A stretch of 64,000 nucleotides of DNA from the human T2T-CHM13v2.0 reference genome, Homo sapiens, in NCBI RefSeq assembly GCF_009914755.1, contig NC_060947.1; one strand, written 5' to 3'. A program made the translations under genes and the position numbers. Shown in pieces: positions 57,573 to 64,000 of the stretch (positions within the stretch are counted from its first letter, which is position 1; each line of letters begins with the position of its first letter). Below the pieces are notes generated by a model. It made no database searches and was not told where the DNA came from. It saw only the letters and a list, made by a program, of their open reading frames with translations.

Positions 57573-58483
57573 TGTAAACTAAAAATAAAATTCTAAGCCC
57601 CCCACTGACTGAATGGACCCCACTGTGGCCAAGGGACCCCAGAAAAACCTTAAAAATAAGTTCCCAGTTATGATGGGACAGGAGGTCAGACAGGCTTCCT
57701 TATACTTCCTCCCTTTTGCAGATTAGACACAACAACTGACCAACATTTATGCCAAAATAGAGATCATAAGACTGATGGAACACACTCTTTTTGGCAATAG
57801 GATACCAAATTATAAGGGACCTAAGCCCATGCCAGACAATGGTTAAGTCACATACCCTTAAATGTAAAGAATAAACTATGTTCTAACTGCCACAAGGTTT
57901 TTCTTTTTCTCTAGCAACTAAACAAGCACTAGCCTCGAGATAGGCAATATTAAAACAATTACAACTCATCCAGTTCACAGATGCTAACCAAACCTCTGTT
58001 CTACTAGCCACAACTATAGATTTCACTGGAAAAGAGACTGATTTCAATAACTTTATCTTGGTAAGGAGACCACTGACCATGGACTGGCTCTGGCCAGTTT
58101 TCAGAGGTTGCACACTCATGTGCCTTCATGTCCTGAAAAGACTTTTTGATGTATAGTACCTAATTGTAATAAATTTAAATGTTTTCTCCACCCCAAAGTG
58201 AACATTAGTTATATGTTACATGCATGTTTCTTCAGTATGGAAGTGTCAGGACCACCTTCATGAATATTCAAAGCTCCTCCTGTAACCTGTCAAGTATGTA
58301 TGTTTAGCTAGCCTCTTTAGCATAAACTTCCTACTCCAACCCCTCCTTCTTTGAAGTGCTTGTTTCTGGTCTTGGCTGCAGGCTGTGCTTCCCAGCCTGT
58401 GGGATGGCCACCTTTTAGGCTATATGCCTTATAAGAAATAAAGTCTCTTCTCCTTTTCTAATTCATACTTTTCCCGATTAACA
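57573..58483 (+). mobile_element. MER4 (B/D-like) ERV1 solo LTR inside Tigger1
   Basis: tgtaaactaaaaataaaattctaagcccc...aataaagtctc...ttaaca. Confidence 0.8.
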
Positions 58484-59680
58484 ATTGAGAGAGGCAAGGA
58501 AGCTGCAGATGAAAAGCATACAGGTAGCAGAGGTTGGTTCATAGGTTTAAGGGAAGAAGCTGTTTCCATAACATAAAAGTGCAAGGTGATGCAGCAAGTA
58601 CTGATGTAGAAGCCACAGCAAGTTATCCAGAAAATCTAGCTAATACAATTGATGAAGGTGGCTAGAGTAAACAACAAATACTCAGTGCAGACAATACAGT
58701 TTTCTATTATAAGAAGATGACATCCAGGAATTTCATAACTAGAGAGGAGAAGTCAATGCCTAGCTTCAAAATTTCCAAGAACATTCTGACTCTTATTAGG
58801 GACTAATGGAGCTGCTGATTTTAACTTAAAGTCAATGTTCATTTATCATTCAGAAAATCCCAGGTCCCTTAAGAATTATGCTAAATTTTCTCTGCCTCTG
58901 CACTCTAAATGGAACAACAAAGCCTGAATGATAGAACATCTGATTTCAACATGGTTTAGCGAATATTTTAGGTGCACTGTTGAGACCTGCTTCTCAGAAA
59001 AAAAAAAAAAGATTCCTTTCAAGATATTATTTCTCCCTGACAATGCATTTAGTCACCCAAGAGCACTAATAGAGATATACAGGGAGATTGATGTTGTTTT
59101 CGTGTCCTAGAGTTAGAAGGAGAGCCTGAAGATGTGACTGAATTGCTACAATCTAACAATAAAACTTTAATAGATTAGGAGTTGCTTATTTATAGATGAG
59201 CAAAGAAAGTGGTTTCTTGAAATGGAATTTACTCCTGGGTAAGATTCTGTGAGCACTGTTGAAATTATAACAAATGAGTTAGAATATCACATGAAGTTCA
59301 TTAATAAAACAGCAGGATTTGAGAGGATTGACTCCAACTTAGATTCTAAGTTTTATTGTGGGTAAAATGCTGTCAAACAGCATCCCATGCTACAGAGAAA
59401 TGTTTCATAAAAGGAAGAGTCAATCAATGTGGCAATCATCATCATTGTCTTATTTTAAGAAATTGTCACAGCCATCCCAATCATTAGCAACCACTACCCT
59501 GATCAGTTAGCAGCCATCAATGAGGCAAGATCCTCCACCAGCAAAAGATTATGACTTGCGGAAAGCTCAGAGGAGTGTTACAATTTTTTAGCAATAAAGT
59601 ATTATAAATTAAAGTATGTACATTTTTTTAGACATAATGCTACTCCACACTTAATGGACTACAGTATAGTGTAAACATAA

Positions 59681-59981
<301 letters not shown>

Positions 59982-59992
59982 TGTAAACATAA

Positions 59993-60291
59993 TTTTTTTT
60001 TCTTTTTGAGACAGAGTCTCGCTCTGTTGCCCAGGCTGGAGTGCAGTGGTGTGATCTTGGCTCACTGCAAGCTCCAGCTCCCGGTTCACACCATTCTCCT
60101 GCCTCAGCCTCCTTAGTAGCTGGGACTACAGGCGCCCGCCTCCATGCCCAGCTAATTTTTTTTTTGTATTTTTAGTGGAGATGGGGTTTCACCGTGTTAG
60201 ACAGGATGGTCTCGATCTCCTGACCTCATGATCCGCCCACCTCGGCCTCCCAAAGTGCTGGGATTACAGGCGTGAGCCAGCGTGCCCAGCC
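59993..60291 (-). mobile_element. AluY-like
   Basis: gcaagctcc...ttcacaccattctcc; gatggtctcgatctcctgacctc; TSD aacataattttt. Confidence 0.9.
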
Positions 60292-60827
60292 ATTAACATA
60301 ATTTTTATATGCAATGGGAAACTAAAAAATATTTTGTGACTCACTTTATTGTGATATTCACTTTATAGTAGTGGTCTGGAACCCAACATACTATGTCTCT
60401 GAGTTATGCCTATATCAGCCACTTTACACTCATCTTTGGCTTGCAAACACATCATTTGCCTTTAAGCTTTGTCCTAGAAGGGATGCAGAGAAACTCATTC
60501 AAATGAAATTGGCAGAAACTATTGTACTGGAGAAAATTGTTTTTCTGCTACCTCTCATCATCCCTGGTAGGGAATGGATGCTAACATAGCAATTAAGACA
60601 AATGCCAGTTGAATATAAAGGAATCTTTAAGGTTATTTCAAGTTATCCAACTTTGAAAGGGGGTAAAAATGATATACTTTAAAATCATATTTTTGTTCAA
60701 AGTCAACACAAGAAATACTATCCCTTAACAATCAGGAGACCATTATGGGCTACACATGTTTATTTGGTTTTTAGAAATGGTTGTATAATTTTCTTTAGTT
60801 CTTTATTAAAGGCCAAATTATCTTAGA

Positions 60828-61050
60828 AGCAGTAGAATATAGTGGTTAAGAACGTGAACTCCAGAGTCAGTCAGATGGGTTCTTGATTCTACCATTTATA
60901 AGTGTGTGGTCTTGGTCAAATAACTTCTATCTCATTTCCCTCATCTGTAAAATGGGTATAAGTTAGTTTGAAGGACTAAATGAGGTTTTCATGTAAAATG
61001 CTTAGAATAATACCAGACAGTTAGCAACTGATGAATAAATATTATCATCC
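60828..61050 (+). mobile_element. MIR
   Basis: tagtggttaagaac...ctcatttccctcatctgtaaaatggg. Confidence 0.8.
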
Positions 61051-61291
61051 CATCTAGTGCGACATTAGGCAGGACTACTGTACCTTTTTATTTATTTTTT
61101 AATTTACCCTTAACCTTCATCTATCACTGTCAAGTTTATACCACCAAAAATAATGGCCTTCTAATTAGAGGCATTCAAAATACCTGTCTGATTGTCTGAC
61201 TGACCTACTATACCTACTTCCAAGAAGTTCTGTTGAATAATAATACTAGACTACAATATTTGGTCATCTATTATGTGAACTTGTTATTCAT

Positions 61292-61327
<36 letters not shown>

Positions 61328-61349
61328 CTGCCTCCCTCCATCCTTCTCT

Positions 61350-62160
61350 CTCCCTCTGCCAATCCCTAGAACATGTGAATATGTTACTTTACATGGCAAA
61401 AGGGCTTTGTTACAGATATGATTAATGTTACAAACCTTGAGATAAGTGCTATGGTTTTAATGTGTCTCCCAAAGTCCATGTGTTGGAAGCTTAATTCTCA
61501 GTGCAACAGTGTTTAAATATGGGATCTTTAAGTGGTGATTAATCCATCCATGAGGATTAATGTCATTATCAGAGGAATTGGTTTGGTATAAAAATGAATT
61601 CAACCTGCCTTGTGCTAGCATTTTCTATCTCTATATATACCCCTCCCTCCCTCCATGAGTCTCTTTCTCTCTTTTTCCTGCTCTCTTGTCCTCTGCCTTC
61701 CACCATGGGATAACGGAACAAGCAGGCCCTGACAGATGAGGCCCCTCAACTCTGAACTTCCCAGCCCTCAAAATTGTAAGAAATAAATATATGCTTTTTT
61801 ATAAATTACCCAGTTTCAGGTGTTCTGTTATAGTATCATAAGGTAGACTGAAACAATGAGATTAGCCTAGATTATCTGAGTGAGTCCAATAAAACAACAC
61901 ATCCTTAAAATTGGGAGAACTCTGTGGGCTGTGATTAGATGTGACCAAAGAAGAATGGTCAGAGATACGCAATATTGATGGCTCTAAATATGACAGAAGG
62001 GAGTCATGAACCAAGTAATACAGGTGTCTTCTAGAAGCTGGAGAAGGCAACAAAATAGAATTTCCCCTACAGCTTCCAGAAGGGGGCATAGCCCTTGATT
62101 TTAGCCCGGTGAAACCCATGTTGAACTTCTGACCTACAGAAATTTCCAGTAGAAAATAAT
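61350..62160 (+). mobile_element. MLT1 (D/E-like) LTR split by a younger MaLR LTR
   Basis: ctagaacatgtgaatatgttactttacatggcaaaaggg...ctagaagctggagaaggcaac. Confidence 0.75.
61447..61855 (+). mobile_element. MaLR solo LTR (MSTC/MSTD-like)
   Basis: tgctatggttttaatgtgtctccc...agactgaaaca; TSD ataag / atgag. Confidence 0.8.
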
Positions 62161-63269
62161 TAGGATATCTTGACAAATTTCTCTAAGCCTCTGAACCCCT
62201 TATCTTTCCATTTCTTTTCAGGAGTATGGATCCAATGGCAACTCAAGATATTCTGACTGCACTAAAAGGAAGTAGAAGGAATTCACATTCCCTAAGAAAG
62301 AAGCAGGATGGTCTTCTATTTTCTTCTTCTTTCCCTATTCACCTTTAGCCCTATAATTCTCAATCCATTAATGGAACACACCTAACATACAAGTCGGATT
62401 TTTTTCACGCCTGATTCTCCCTTTGGAGATGGTCCCTACCTGGTTGTAAAAAGGTCAGCTTGACCAGTATTTCTTTTTTTTTCTGCCTTTAGTAAATGCC
62501 TGTAGTAATTTATTGGGAACTTTTCATTCCAACTTTGCTCTTCCTCTGGTAGGATTTTCAGCTGAACTAGAAAGAAAGAGATAGATACCTGGGGAGCAAA
62601 ATAATTAGGAGATATTTCAAGCCACATTTCTTGCTACAAAGGGTCAAAATGCCTGTGCAACGTATTTCAAACACAGCTATGCCTTCTCTTTATTAAACTC
62701 AGTTGGAGGGATTATGGAACAGGAATACTCTCTTCATGGGTATCTGCCTGGAAGGCAATACAAACTTCTTCCTCACAAGCAAGGCTAACTGCATATTTAA
62801 CTGCAGAAAAGATGGAGCTGAACTAAGCATGTCTTAGGGAGACTTCTGAACAGCAAGTGTAGCTTCTGTCACCCTCCAATCTCCCACTCCTTCTCCACAT
62901 TCTTTCATTTCTTCCCTTTTCTTATCCTCTCCCTCTCCCCTTGCTTCCCATTCTCTTTCATTCCTCTTTTCCTTTCTGCATCCTAAGAGATGAAAGGTAC
63001 TTGTTGCCTAGATGAAAGCTTATAATCGCCATCTACTGGATACAGGATTTAAGTACGGGTTGCAGCAGGGTATTTATGAGTATTTGCATGCTTGAATATT
63101 GTCTGTCTCTATTAAGTAATTATTTCTCTCTGACTGCACAGTTGAAATTGCTTCCTGAAAAAACACAATCTTATGCTGTTTATCAATGCTTCTTTTTCAT
63201 AGAATGTGCTTCAGAGTTTTAAAGTTACAATTACTAAATTATAATTTACTAAGCCCCTCCAGGAGAGGG

Positions 63270-63736
<467 letters not shown>

Positions 63737-64000
63737 ATTCCCTGCCTTTATTACCTTCTCCTCTAATCTAATCCATTCCACATTTGTTGCATTAATTTTC
63801 CTGAAGTTGAACTCTTTCTTGACAAGAGCATTTAAAAAAGTATCCAATACCTCCCTGTTTCCCACATAACGAGGTTCAGAGTCATTAGCCTTACTTTCAA
63901 ATCTCCCACCCTTCAAACTTCATCCTAATTTGCTGACTTTATCTCCTATAGCCCCCTTCACAAACAAAATGATTTATTTGTTCCCAAAACATTCTGTTCA

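Overview
Primate (hominoid, most likely human, because an SVA is present) genomic DNA. It is AT-rich and made almost entirely of nested interspersed repeats. I find no intact protein-coding gene, RNA gene or prokaryotic-type system; the listed ORFs are pieces of L1, Alu, SVA, ERV or Tigger sequence, or chance ORFs. The window holds layered L1 copies (old L1M and younger L1PA/L1PB), 7 Alus, one SVA, two full MaLR (MST/THE1) proviruses, a minus-strand LTR9/HUERS-P3-type provirus, other ERV1/ERVK remnants, a Tigger1 DNA transposon, MIR/L2 fragments and microsatellites. The most notable structures are not standard repeats. (1) Two separate local inverted templated duplications: 30294-30489 copies 32760-32966, and 42926-43504 copies 39133-39712, the latter with a patchy identity pattern suggesting gene conversion. 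(2) An L1PA with a ~330-bp 3' transduction, nested inside a twin-primed (5'-inverted) L1PA7. (3) An AluY with an atypical substitution spectrum. Repeat subfamily names come from remembered consensus sequences and are tentative; mismatch counts are by eye.
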